The notes beneath the pieces were generated by a model. That model saw only the letters and a list, made by a program, of their open reading frames with translations. It had not been told where the DNA came from and did no database searches. The position numbers and the translations under genes are program-made. A stretch of DNA of 57,974 nucleotides, the filler included, from Catajapyx aquilonaris (lineage: Eukaryota), in the NCBI GenBank assembly GCA_000934665.2. It is 2 parts of 2 records of this genome, joined end to end, with 100 filler letters (N's around TTAATTAATTAA, not from the genome) between each part and the next. Parts side by side here need not be neighbours in the genome. Positions count along the whole stretch, not along the records: positions 1 to 29,032 come from JYFJ02004834.1; 1 more part is not named here. One strand, written 5' to 3'. Positions within the stretch are counted from its first letter, which is position 1, and every line of letters begins with the position of its first letter. This document shows positions 1 to 11,176 of the stretch, piece by piece.

Positions 1-105
1 GCGGATCACATTACCTCAGTTTAAACCGGACCTTAAAAGATTTTTACCGGACACTTAATGTTTTCATAATTCATCAGAGAGACTGGGCAACCATACAGAA
101 TTATC

Positions 106-787
106 TTGGATTTTAAATAGTGGCAACCTTGTTTCCCTTGCACAAGGAAATGGGGTTGTGGCTTCTGCGCAAGAAGGGAGATCCAGACAGAGGTGGGGGC
201 TTGTTCATGTCAGGTTTGGACCCGATTGTGCTACTGGTGAAGGTGACAGCGTAGTTCAAAAGGACCGCATCCTTGTACACCGCCCTAACATCGAAGTTAG
301 AACAGAGCTTTTGGTTGAAGATCGAGGTGGCGAGATGTCATGACAATGCCCAGTACTACCATGACTTGGAACACCATATGAGACCAGCGATATGACGCAA
401 GCGACCGAATTTCATGAACACCAGCCCCATGTCGCAGCTGCAGTGCCAGAATTATTGCTTCGTTGGCAATGGGAAACACTGCAGCACCTTCCCTTCTCTC
501 CAGACATGACCCCTTGCGATTTTGATTATTTTGTTCACAAAAATGAAGGAACCAGTGTGAGAAACGTATCCAGAGAATTGAAGCGATAGTACACGCTTTA
601 GGGACGGTGATTGCAGATATCAACAAACATCACTCTGCCGACGGTATCCAATGCCTCCCACATGTCTGGAAAAGGGTCATGGAGTCAGGGGACGACTATA
701 TTGAAGAAATGTATGTAACAAATTTGTTATTTAAAGCTTTCTTTTGAAACTTTCGCAGTGTTGCCGCTATTTAAAATCCAACCCTCG
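106..787 (+). mobile_element. Degenerate mariner transposon remnant
   Basis: TIRs TTGGATTTTAAATAGTGGCAAC (left, truncated) and GTTGCCGCTATTTAAAATCCAACCCTCG|TA. Frameshifted transposase fragments LEHHMRPAI.RKRP and WETLQHLPFSPDMTPCDFDYF (YSPDLAPxD-type motif). Confidence 0.85.
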
Positions 788-1010
788 TAGAATTTTCTTG
801 GATTTTTAAGGGGTGTGGAAGCCACCTGAAAAAAACGTGTAGATGACGCAAGGGGATGACATCACCATCTTGTGCATAGTTTATGAGGCGGTTGCTGCCC
901 TATCTCGATATGCAGCATAGGTTGGTATGTCTGGCAATGTTCAGCCCTCTCTTGTGCATGAATCGAGAGTGAAACCAATGGTGCCAGATCCAGTGATTTT
1001 CAACTAGGGC

Positions 1011-1329
1011 GCTTTTTGACGTGAATACGTCTTTAAAATCGGGTCCGTATAGAGGGGGGCATGGAGGCAAACTCAAGCGTTACAGAAAAGCGTTACAGTC
1101 TACTATATCCGAGTCCACTATATCCGAAGTGGCGTGTGAGTGTTATAGTCAGGACCCTGCCAGGGGGCCCATGGCGGTGGCATGCAGGGGGGCATGCAGT
1201 GAAATTCTTAGGAGGAATGTGTCCAGACTTCAGGGTCACCATGAATGTGTCCAGACTTCAATACTGATAAGCAATCAATTCACTCCCCCAATACTGATCC
1301 AATTTTAAAGACGTATTCACGTCAAAAGC
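1011..1329. mobile_element. MITE-like insertion with ~30-bp inverted termini, nested in the piggyBac-like element
   Basis: GCTTTTTGACGTGAATACGTCTTTAAAAT ... ATTTTAAAGACGTATTCACGTCAAAAGC; this segment is absent from the copy at 17190-18014. Confidence 0.6.
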
Positions 1330-1500
1330 TGCGGCTTGTGTTCCTGACACAACCTAATGGTTTTTTAAACCCCCACCCAAACAGTGCAAAATCGCTCGGG
1401 AGACAAAGGGTTAATCTCTTATGGGACTGACCTTTCAGACCTTGCTTCTCCTTCCTTCCTCACTCAGTGTCTTGATGACTGTACATGGCTTGGTTTTCAG

Positions 1501-2849
1501 CTATATTTTAAAAGTGCCATTTGATAAGGAAGATACCAGTGGGATTGTGTATATATGGATTGGGTCAAAAAGTGATCCGGGTGAAGCTCATCTTGCAGAA
1601 GAAATTGCAAGCTCTATGTACAATGTTGTAAGTGACCATCTATTCCATCTATGTGAAAGTACGAGGGGCGTTCGGAAAGTCTTTACACTTAACTTTTTTG
1701 CCACAAATGCAGGGCTCATGCATGTCAGCAGATATGCGCACATTATCAATGGAACCCTCCTGGAGCCGAATGCACTGGCATCATGGGTATGTCAACCTCT
1801 CCAGACCCTTTAAGAACCATTTTTGGAGGTGCGGCACACCCACACCCGGACAACTGCTCATAGTCAACAACTGTCAACAATGCCCTCATAATGGCATTGG
1901 CGAATGGTTTTTTTCATGGATCTGGCTTTGGGTGCTTCCACACCTGCCATACTCCCCCGGCCTGGCCCCCAGTGACTTTCATCTGTTCAGATCCATGAAA
2001 AAACCCCTTCGTTCACACCATTTCGAGGACATTGTTGAACAGGGAGCAGTTGTCCGAGTGGGTGTGCCGCACCTCCAAAAAGTGGTTCCTGGAGGGCCTG
2101 GAGATGTTGACACACCCATGACTCCTGTTCATTCGGCTCCAGGAGGGTTTTATCAATAATGTGTGCCTTTCTGCCGACCTGCATGGGCCCTGTATTTGTA
2201 GCAAAAAAATAAAGTGTGAAGACTTTACGAATGCCCCTCGTATTTTGCACTGTCACAAGCAATATTATAAGTCTTCTTTGCAGCAGGATACCTTCAGTCT
2301 GCAAATAATTGCTGAAGGTGAAGAATCAGAAAATTTCTTTTGGGTTGGCCTGAATGGCAAGAAGCCTCATGAAACCAATGCTGATTTCATGCAATACACA
2401 AGACTGTTCCGGTGTTCCAATGAAAAGGGATACTTCTCTGTATCCGAAAAGTGCTCTGATTTTTGTCAAGTGAGTTGGAAACCTGTTTGTTGTTTGACAG
2501 GTTATACAGGTTGGCAGTAATACCTCTGTTTGCTTTCTAGGATGACTTGGCAGATGATGATATCATGATACTGGATAATGGTGAGCAGGTATTTCTGTGG
2601 CTGGGTTCAAGATGTAGTGAGGTGGAGATAAAACTGGCCTACAAATCAGCTCAGGTAAGGAAAGCCATCCCTAACCTGCAATTGTTCAGTTTCAACCATT
2701 TTTACATTCTGCAGGTATACATCCAGCACTTGCGAGTGAAACAACCTGAAAAGCCAAGGAAGCTATTCCTCACTTTGAAAGGGAAGGAGTCACGTAGATT
2801 TACCAAATGTTTTCATGGGTGGAGTTTGCATAAGAAGCCACCAGAGTAA
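1501..2849 (+). CDS. fliI: Protein flightless-1 (gelsolin-family actin regulator), last four coding exons; 5' part lies upstream of the window
   Basis: Exons 1501-1627, 2284(or 2287)-2469, 2541-2654, 2715-2849, all GT-AG and in frame. Peptides [81 protein letters not shown] and [16 protein letters not shown] match the Flightless-I C-terminal gelsolin repeats as I recall them. Confidence 0.95.
1662..2240. mobile_element. Mariner-derived foldback MITE in a fliI intron
   Basis: TA TSD (1660-61, 2241-42). TIR CGAGGGGCGTTCGGAAAGTCTT extends into ~200-bp inverted arms. Centre encodes [24 protein letters not shown]. Confidence 0.9.
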
Positions 2850-3321
2850 CGTATTACTCGCAACTTTATCAAATTTGCCTCATCAACAATGAAGCCGTCC
2901 ACGTAGCATCATTGCGGCATATCAAGTACGGTTTCATAGAAGAAGGTTTGAAGATGGTTTGGATCAGGTTTTTATATTTTTTGATAGTATTCAGTATGGA
3001 TTAGTAACAAGTATCATGTAGAGCATACCTAGTGCCGGCAACCTTTCCACAGTTTATGTTTGGTTTCCTGTCTCTTTGCTTGGCGACACAAGGTTGTGTG
3101 ATCGATAATTAATAAGCCTGATGGAAGATGCGATCTTCCACTATCAGCTGGAGCTAGTGGGTGTGGGAGGTTTGTGGCATAGTATTTCATAATGCAACAT
3201 AAGGTTAACCATACATCCAGGAAACAATTGGTACTTGATTATCTGTGGATGAGAAGCTCCCACAACCAACACATCCTCCTGGTTTGTGCCAAGACATAAA
3301 TCTTGTTTGTACATACAACTA

Positions 3322-3839
3322 TGAGGATTGTAAATAAAGTAGTGGCAACATTGTCAGGAAGCACAAGTGGTAACTGAAATGTTACTGTTGACAGGTAGTG
3401 ACACTAGTTGTAGTCAACACAATCCATTCTAACTAATGCCCTTGTCAATTTCTCAGTGTGCAATGGTCTAAGTCATGTTTACCAAATCAGAACAACAATC
3501 CTGAATTAAGTTCCAGGTTATACAAGGTAAAACTGCAAGTAACTGTAATTGTGACCTTTGGGAGGCCTGTAGCGATCATCCATCCATATTGGACTTTGAC
3601 AAGATGGGTCAGTTCCTTTCCTGTGATTTTGTGATGTGCAAGAAGTTATTTAAGCAGTAGACCAGACCTTTGCTGATATCAACAAGAAACACAGTGCTGA
3701 GCAGATCCCACAAGTTTGGGAATAGGTGCAGAACATGATAGGATTAAATTTAAGAAATGCAATAATTGTACAGACCTGGTTAAGTAATCTGTTTAACATT
3801 TTTGTACTCGTGTTGCCGCTACTTTATTGACAGCCATTG
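3322..3839. mobile_element. Old mariner-family deletion derivative downstream of fliI
   Basis: TA-flanked TIRs TGAGGATTGTAAATAAAGTAGTGGCAAC / GTTGCCGCTACTTTATTGACAGCCATTG; internal similarity to 600-780. Confidence 0.6.
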
Positions 3840-4794
3840 TAGTAGGTCAAGTGGTATGTTGAGATCATGAAGTTGATATGGATTTACTATCAATTGTGCA
3901 ACCAGGTCTAAGGAGGTAATATGCGGTCAGTATTTGCATCTACTCCTCACAACATGGGAGTTTATCGGAAGACCTAGCACCTAAGTATCAAAATTTATGT
4001 GCAAATTCAGTATTGTTCATATGCAACCTACCATCTGCAGAAAGTGGAGGAAATTACTATGTTTGTGAGAGGTAGATTATTATTTGGTGCTTGTATTATT
4101 TAATTAACACATTGTGTTGTGTAACAACCATAGCAGTCAGAAGCAGAGTCCATTTAGTTAGTTATTAGAAGATTATTAACAATAAATATCTTAAGTGGAT
4201 CTATAGAAGGTACTCTGGCAAGGGTGATATAAAATGGTACAATGTGTGCTTACATTGCTTGTGCCTAGTATTTCCTAATTATGACAGTGTTTCACTGGTA
4301 CTCTGCTAATCAAGTTCTAATACTGGATTGTACCCCTCAGGGCAAAAGGGTGAATTTGTTGTACAGACTGCCATGACAAGCTACTACATTGTCAAATGCT
4401 GCTCATCTTTGTTTAATTTCCTCCATGATTATCTTTCTATATTTCTCTAAATATTGGGGTACTCCTTACTACGTACACAAATCCCAATTCAGGGGACTTA
4501 TTACCTATTGAACAAATGGCCTTGCAAAGCTGTAGACTGATTTTAAAAGTAGGTAATGTCACATAAGGGCTGTATATTCTTGTATACCATTTTTGCTCTG
4601 ACAGTTACAAAGTATTAGGACTACATGCTTGCTGATTCTGCTTTCTTTGATCCACTTTTTAGAACTGAAAGTTTGTGCCAAGTCATAAATATTGTTTTTG
4701 TATATAAGTATTTATAGTTTTCAGCTCCACAGTATCACATATGGCCAGCGGAATGATCATTGGTAATACCAGAACAAGTGGTTGACTCACATTA

Positions 4795-4897
4795 GGCTGG
4801 GTTGCATGAACGAACCCTGAACAAGTAAATTAATCATATATGAATAATATGGGATGAACCACTTGGTCTATGTTTATCTCACTCATGCAACCAGACC
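4795..4897. mobile_element. Short PIF/Harbinger-like MITE
   Basis: TTA TSD; TIRs GGCTGGGTTGCATGA / TCATGCAACCAGACC. Confidence 0.55.
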
Positions 4898-7322
4898 TTA
4901 GTAACACAATCACTTGTTCTGGATTTACTAATGATCATGAAACTGGCTCTCAGTTGTGCATCTATGAATTGGGAATCATGGTTGTCAGCTGATGGTTTAG
5001 ATCATGTAAGGATTTTGCACTTGCCATTTTTACCAATACACGTTTATTTTTCACCTGCCCTCCACATTGCTGGAGTGCATTTGTTGGTCATGAAATTTTG
5101 ACTCTTTTTTGTAAAGGGGAAAATAATAAAACTGTGTTTGTTGAAAACACTTGTGCCCTTTTTTTATTCCATTATAGTTTAGATTGCTTGTTTGTTTGGA
5201 GAACAGGTGCAGGAAAGGGAAACAGCTATCCTGAGATACCATGAGTTGCCCATTAGACAACACCACCCCAATAACCATGATATCATAATAAAGTAGAACC
5301 AAATTTTCATTCGCTTTCCAGCATTTATTTCAAGATACAAGTATGGACATAAAACCTGCCCAACTCCAGAGCTGAAGTACATGCTGCCATTCAAAATGAT
5401 CTCATCAGTCATATATTGCAGATACCTGCATTAAAATCATTGCATTTAGAATATTCCACAATGGCAAACAATCGTAAACCTTTGATTGATAAACAAGTAA
5501 ATTATGTACATATGACACAATATGTTGCGACTTCAAGAACGAATAGCACTGCAACATGGGTTGGGCATTAAATTTACAACACAAGGTGGCCAATGTAATA
5601 CAAACCACTTTAGAATCCTAATTAATGGTTTCTGCATCAACTGGACATGAAGCGAAGAAATTTGATGCAGCTGCGATGAGGTAGCCTAATGCAGCATTTC
5701 ACGACCTGTAAAAGAACAGCATGTCACCAAAGAGGACGCAAATAGTATTTCCTACATTGTACGGTATGGAATGAGGGTACCGTCAGAAGGAGATACTTGA
5801 CACAGTTTTGGAGGTTTTTGGCTACTCATTAACTGCATGTGCAAAGTAAATGAGGGATTTCAAAACCATTGCATGCAGACAAGCACATATAGTATTGACA
5901 TGACACATGATTATGCATGTAGAAGATTTTACTAATATATATAAAAAACAAAAAAAAACTTCTGTGTAAAGTCCTACGTGTTTGGCCACACAAAAGAAGA
6001 TGGTGTTTTTGGCTTCAACATTTACTTTGACATCAGTGGGAGAGCTCACACCACCTGCACCTAGGCTAGTAAACCAGTGAAGTGCTTCACAGACATCTCA
6101 CTGGAAAACGTCACCACAACGCACTTTCCCTGCACCAATTCTCTATCATGATCATCATTGTCACTGTCAATCATTACCATTACTCATAATTTTCATCCAA
6201 AAGTGGCACCAGAAGGGTTGGAATGCTTTGTGTAAAGTTGCCCCAGATTACCTTTAGAAGTAAAATGACTCTTGTCAGCTTAATGCTGAATTTTAACATT
6301 TATATTTAGAAAAACCATGTCAAAACCATTTAATGGAGATATCAACCCTTCAGTGTACATCATATTTGAATCTTGGAGCATTTGCATTCCACATGACAAG
6401 GGTACATTAAGAAGTTTGCATATGTTACCACTAGCCACAAAATGCTGCCTAACGTAGTTCCACAAACAGACAGTAGCAGATTTGGTCAGTAGATCCTTAC
6501 ATGTGCCAGTCAAATGACAGCAGCAATCATTTGCTTCTCGAGGAATCATGACTTCACCCACCACGCAACCTAACTTTTTCCTTGATTTGTGTCAAGTTAC
6601 CCCGGCTGTGTAAAGTATCCCCATCTAACGGTATGTATGTTGCATTCAACAAATGAAAGGATGACAGCATTTGAAGCAATACTATACAAGGAATTACACA
6701 TGTGAATTGTATCAACTTACTCATGCCTAGCATAATCATGAAGATATGTAACATTAGGATCAGCACAAGTAAACTTTTTCTGCATTATTGGATGCCAAGT
6801 GCTGACATTTCTAGGAAACTATTTTAACTAGTGTAATTGAAGTTCTACACTTATAATAATTGCAGGTCCTAGCCTGGACAGCAGAGGTAATTTATTCACT
6901 GGTATTTTATGTCACTGGTTATTTTAACATTTTAAATACATCCCCATGGCAGTTACTCCATAGGTATGTTACCTCTACTGTTGAGTATTGGACCTAGTTG
7001 AAGGAATGTGCCATTGGGGACATGTTCTGGACACCATCATCATTAATTCAGTGGAGTCAAGTGGCAGGTAAGAACCATCCATGGTCCGGGCCCCTAAACC
7101 TGGGCAAACACCTATATCCATCCCACTCCAGCCATGTGGTTGACTCCCCCATCCCCTAATCTTCCCCTTTCCACATGATGGACTGCATCTGAATTCACTA
7201 TCTATCAATCACCCATGTCCAGAAGGGACATGTTGGGCATAATAATAATTTGGTTGTGCTTTGACCTCTTATGTACAGCATACACCTTTATCATCTGTGA
7301 CATAATAAATCACCAGAAATTG

Positions 7323-7566
7323 GGAGATAAGGGAAGGTTTCCAAGGGAGGGAACTTGTGGGTAGTTTTCAAGTAATCTTGGACCCTCTCATGATTGGACC
7401 TTTTCTCTTGACCCTGGGCAGAGAAATAACAACAATTCTGCCCAGGCATGGCAGTAGAAAGGCAGGAAAAGACAGGATTAAGCTAAGGTGAGGCACAGGA
7501 TTTCAATCGCAGACATCCTGCTTGGCTGCCCAGTAGTGTAACCACTAAACCACCATTGACCTCACC
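7323..7566 (-). mobile_element. Diverged copy of tRNA-derived SINE family 2
   Basis: Aligns by eye with 15800-16038 (CCAAGGGAGGG, GACCTTTTCTC..GGGCAGAG..CAATTCTGCCC, GCTTGGCTG..GTAACCACTA.ACCACC). Confidence 0.6.
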
Positions 7567-7700
7567 AGCCCACCTCTGCTATATGCCTATTCATTTAACA
7601 ACTTGTGATGAAACACCTCCATAAAAGAGCCTCATGACATTTGAGCAGTATATGAAGAGTTATAATGCAGTTTCAAAGGGGTAGTTCTAAGTGCAACATA

Positions 7701-7824
7701 GGGCTGGTTTCACCAAGCCCAGTTTTGATAAAATCCCAGTTCTTTAGGAAAATCCCTATTCTATTTGCAGTGATTTTCCGAAAGAACTGGGTTTTATCAA
7801 AACTGGGCTTGGTGAAACCGACCC
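7701..7824. mobile_element. Palindromic Harbinger-like MITE, same family as 26481-26605
   Basis: GGGCTGGTTTCACCAAGCCCAGTTTTGATAAAA ... TTTTATCAAAACTGGGCTTGGTGAAACCGACCC; ATA/TTA flanks. Confidence 0.75.
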
Positions 7825-8851
7825 TTAATATGGTACGCCATTCAATTTCTACCTGGCCAACATAACTATAGGAAAGCATCAGAGGTGGTTGACAGCACTG
7901 TCAACCACCAAGCATGAGAATGCTCAGTAAGATGGGTGGACTTTATCTGTTATGGTGCAGAAAGGTTATAGAAACACACAAAATTCCAAATTACTCCATC
8001 AGCCATATTACATGCCTTTTAATTACTGTACATGCATCCAAATCAGCAAGAAATTGGCATTCCAAGCTGTGAACTAGAGGGATCCCAGTCTCAATGCCCA
8101 CATGAAGTGAGTCGCATGCAGGCATGAGACACAAACTTATGCCAACAGATGGGTTACATTAGGGTGAGCCATTTACTATCCTCAACTTTCAACTTATTTG
8201 CATCCCCAACTCCCAATATCGGCAGAAGTTTAACTATACCCAAAGCTTTCTTGTCAAATTGCATTGGCACCCATTCCCTTGATACATCCTCAGCTGCAGG
8301 GGGAATGGGTAACTGCTAAAACTCTTAGGGGAGAAATGTGTAACAGTCCAACTACTGCTTGAATCAGTGAACTCTGAAGATACTGCACTGCATCACATCA
8401 GACCTGTCAATTTCTGCTGTGAAAGGACAGCATGTCAGATCAGGCTTGCTGGTGTTAGTAGAGCGGGAGTAGATAATTGGAATCATATGCCTGCCTTCCT
8501 TCGAGACTATAATAGATGGTTCAGCTGTTATACCATGCATTTTTACCAACATTTACTATGTTCGTCAAACAGCATTACAAATAAAGATCACAAGGATGTT
8601 ATTGCTCTAGTGCTCAGTAACTCTCATCACCCACTACATATGTAATCTTACACTTCATGCAACACTTGACAACTATGCCCACCTGATGTTTTGACCTTTT
8701 TGCATGGTACAGCAGTATATCACCATTACATTTTAATTTGATGAGTACTACACTGACAACACACTGACTACAGCACAGAAATGCATATTGTTGTATAATA
8801 CAGGATACTTCCCTCCTTTGGGTTGTCCACATTTCTCTAGGCAACAACTGA

Positions 8852-8993
8852 AGGCCATTTCACAAAAAAATGTCGCGCGGCAAATTTATTATTTATATTT
8901 ATTATTGCCAACAATTGGCAACAATAAATACAAATAAAAAATTTGCCGCAACGCGCGCCGTTTGCCGCGCGACATTTTTTTGTGAAATGGCCT
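8852..8993. mobile_element. Palindromic MITE
   Basis: AGGCCATTTCACAAAAAAATGTCGCGCGGCAAA ... TTTGCCGCGCGACATTTTTTTGTGAAATGGCCT. Confidence 0.7.
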
Positions 8994-9495
8994 TAATGCC
9001 CTGTACACAGGTTCAGGGAAGGATGAATGTAATATCATTCATTTTCTGAGAGCAGGAGAGGTCAGCAATACAAATGTGCACAGAGCTTCGCTCTCATATT
9101 TGCTTTACGAGCTTCTTCCTCTCCTTGAAAGGAATGCTGTCACTGTTGCCTGTGTTCCCATGCATGTGTACTATAACACACAAAAAGATTGTCGCTCTCT
9201 ATCTGTGTGGTGTGGTGGCAGTGCGACAATCTTCTTGCGTGTTATAGTACAGGCCATTAGATGCATAAAGTAAACAGCAGATCAGTGATTCTCTATATCG
9301 TGGTGCATGCCAATCCACCACGTGATGGGAGGGTGTATACATACGCAAACCATTCTAAGCCACCAAAATATCAATAGCAGCATCTGCACGTGTTCCTGCT
9401 GCGATAGCATGCCTTACACTAGTTAGCAAGTTGGGAAAATCCAGTGCATGTGCCACCAAGTCAGTTACCTATGCATAATACTACTCCCTAGCTTG

Positions 9496-9768
9496 TTAAT
9501 CATCATCGTCGTCGTCATCCGACGGCACAAACAGGTCATTTTCTTCCAGGAAGCTGGCAATATTTTTGCTAATGGTCGCCCCAATCAGAAGCCCAGGAAT
9601 TACAGTCGACACAATCCCCAGTAATCCAAACTGTGTCTTCTTCGGTTCCGGTAGAAAGGCCCCCGTGTCTGTTGTCGTCGCCTGCCGCAACCCCTTCCAA
9701 CGTACGGTACGAGCTCGCAGAAGATTTTGCTTAGCTCCCAGAAACATCGGGCCCAGTCTCGATGCCAT
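9496..9768 (-). CDS. EMRE: Essential MCU regulator, mitochondrial (EMRE/SMDT1), intronless, 90 aa
   Basis: MASRLGPMF..: Arg-rich transit-peptide-like N-terminus, TGAFLPEPKK, a single TM helix (FGLLGIVSTVIPGLLIGATISK), then NIASFLEENDLFVP and a poly-Asp tail, typical of EMRE. The true ATG is at 9768; the ORF track extends to an upstream GTG. Confidence 0.93.
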   Translation of the reverse strand: MASRLGPMFLGAKQNLLRARTVRWKGLRQATTTDTGAFLPEPKKTQFGLLGIVSTVIPGLLIGATISKNIASFLEENDLFVPSDDDDDDD

Positions 9769-9951
9769 GTTTCTTTCCAGCCGACAGTTGCCAATTGTCA
9801 CCTCCTCCCTTATATTATCCGCATATTTAAGCGTTTTCACCACTTTTATTAAGCCTATTTCAATTTGAAAAGAACTCCCATATGCACAGTTTTATAAAAA
9901 TTTGAATAAAGATTGAGTGGGTTGGGATCTGAAATACATCACGATGCCAAC
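9769..9951. promoter_or_regulatory. Bidirectional promoter region shared by EMRE and Gga
   Basis: Divergent ATGs 183 bp apart. Palindromic TTTTATAAAA at 9890-9899 reads TATAAAA on both strands. CpGs are retained around 9500-10050. Confidence 0.65.
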
Positions 9952-11120
9952 ATGGCGGAGGAGGAAGGATTAGACCTCTTGATACGTGAGTACAAATTTG
10001 GGATGTTTGGCAGCATTTTCGGAGTCAGGGAAGGCGGGGTGTGAATTGAATTATGCGGTACGTTCTCAAGTTCAAGTTAAATGTGTTAGAAGGGTGGGTT
10101 AGAGCGTGGATGGTGGAAAATTTGGTGGAGTATGCTTGACGTGTAAGGTCGGTGGTAGTGTTCTGTATATTTGCATGGGCGTCATTATGATTCGTGCTCA
10201 CATGCCAGAGATTAGCATATGATTATGAGCCTTTGGGTGGTCGTAGGTCGATGACTGTGAACCCAGATGGTGGGTTCAGCACTCTTGGTGTATGATATGA
10301 TCATTTTTGTGTACACATGGAAGTTTATGCCCAAGAACTTGTCATAGTCACTACCGAATGGTTTGTGTTCCATTGACACCAATAATTTTTTCTCTTTCTC
10401 TTGACTTGATCGTAATATTATGCAGCATTAATATTGAAAACTTTATGTATGAAAGGAAATGCTATGGCAAGAAAAATATGTGGAAACAATTGAACTGTGA
10501 TAGAAACTATTTTAGTGCAATATTTCGCAGGGCAGTTCTTTATAATGTAGTGACGTTATTGAAGCACTCTTTTGTAGTACAGGGCATGTAGACTGGTACA
10601 AGTAAATAAATGCAAGAATGTATGATATTACACATTTGAATTTTGAATATAACTTATCTGTGTTTATAGGTTGTGTCTGACTAAAGAGAGCACAAATAAG
10701 CCATGTTTTGAACAACAAAACCACTTATTCATGACCTGGACTGGAATAGCTTTTGTGTGGATTTGTAGTTTCAGCACCCTCTAAAGTCTAAACATTCGCA
10801 ATGCACACTTGTTATGGGAAAAGTGCTGGCTCTGCAGCATGCCAAAATTTGTGCACTTTATACAGGATATTTAAAAAAACACTGCGTGCAGAAATTCTGT
10901 TTGTTTAACTGTTTCTTAATAAGTACTTAAAAATTGCTCTGACATTTCATACCTGTCAATGCTGCCAAATTTCATTGTTGTTGTAACAAAAAGAAAAAAA
11001 AAGTCAACTCCATTCCATATCAGGAAAATTACAGATTGGTGCATGCATTTTTGGCTGTTTAAGGCAATTGGTTCTGAGGCTCATGGGGTACAACGTTTTG
11101 TCATTTTCAGCAACTCAGGC

Positions 11121-11176
<56 letters not shown>

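Larger units (their letters stand above)
1..1410. mobile_element. piggyBac-like non-autonomous element (left end outside window), interrupted by two nested insertions
   Basis: Ends GGGAGACAAAGGG|TTAA (1398-1414). Segments 1-114 and 789-1010 align with the intact copy at 17190-18014. Confidence 0.75.

Noticed and set aside
9769..9843. 25-aa N-terminal extension of EMRE in the ORF track
   Set aside because: Starts at GTG inside the promoter region; the ATG at 9768 gives a typical-length EMRE.
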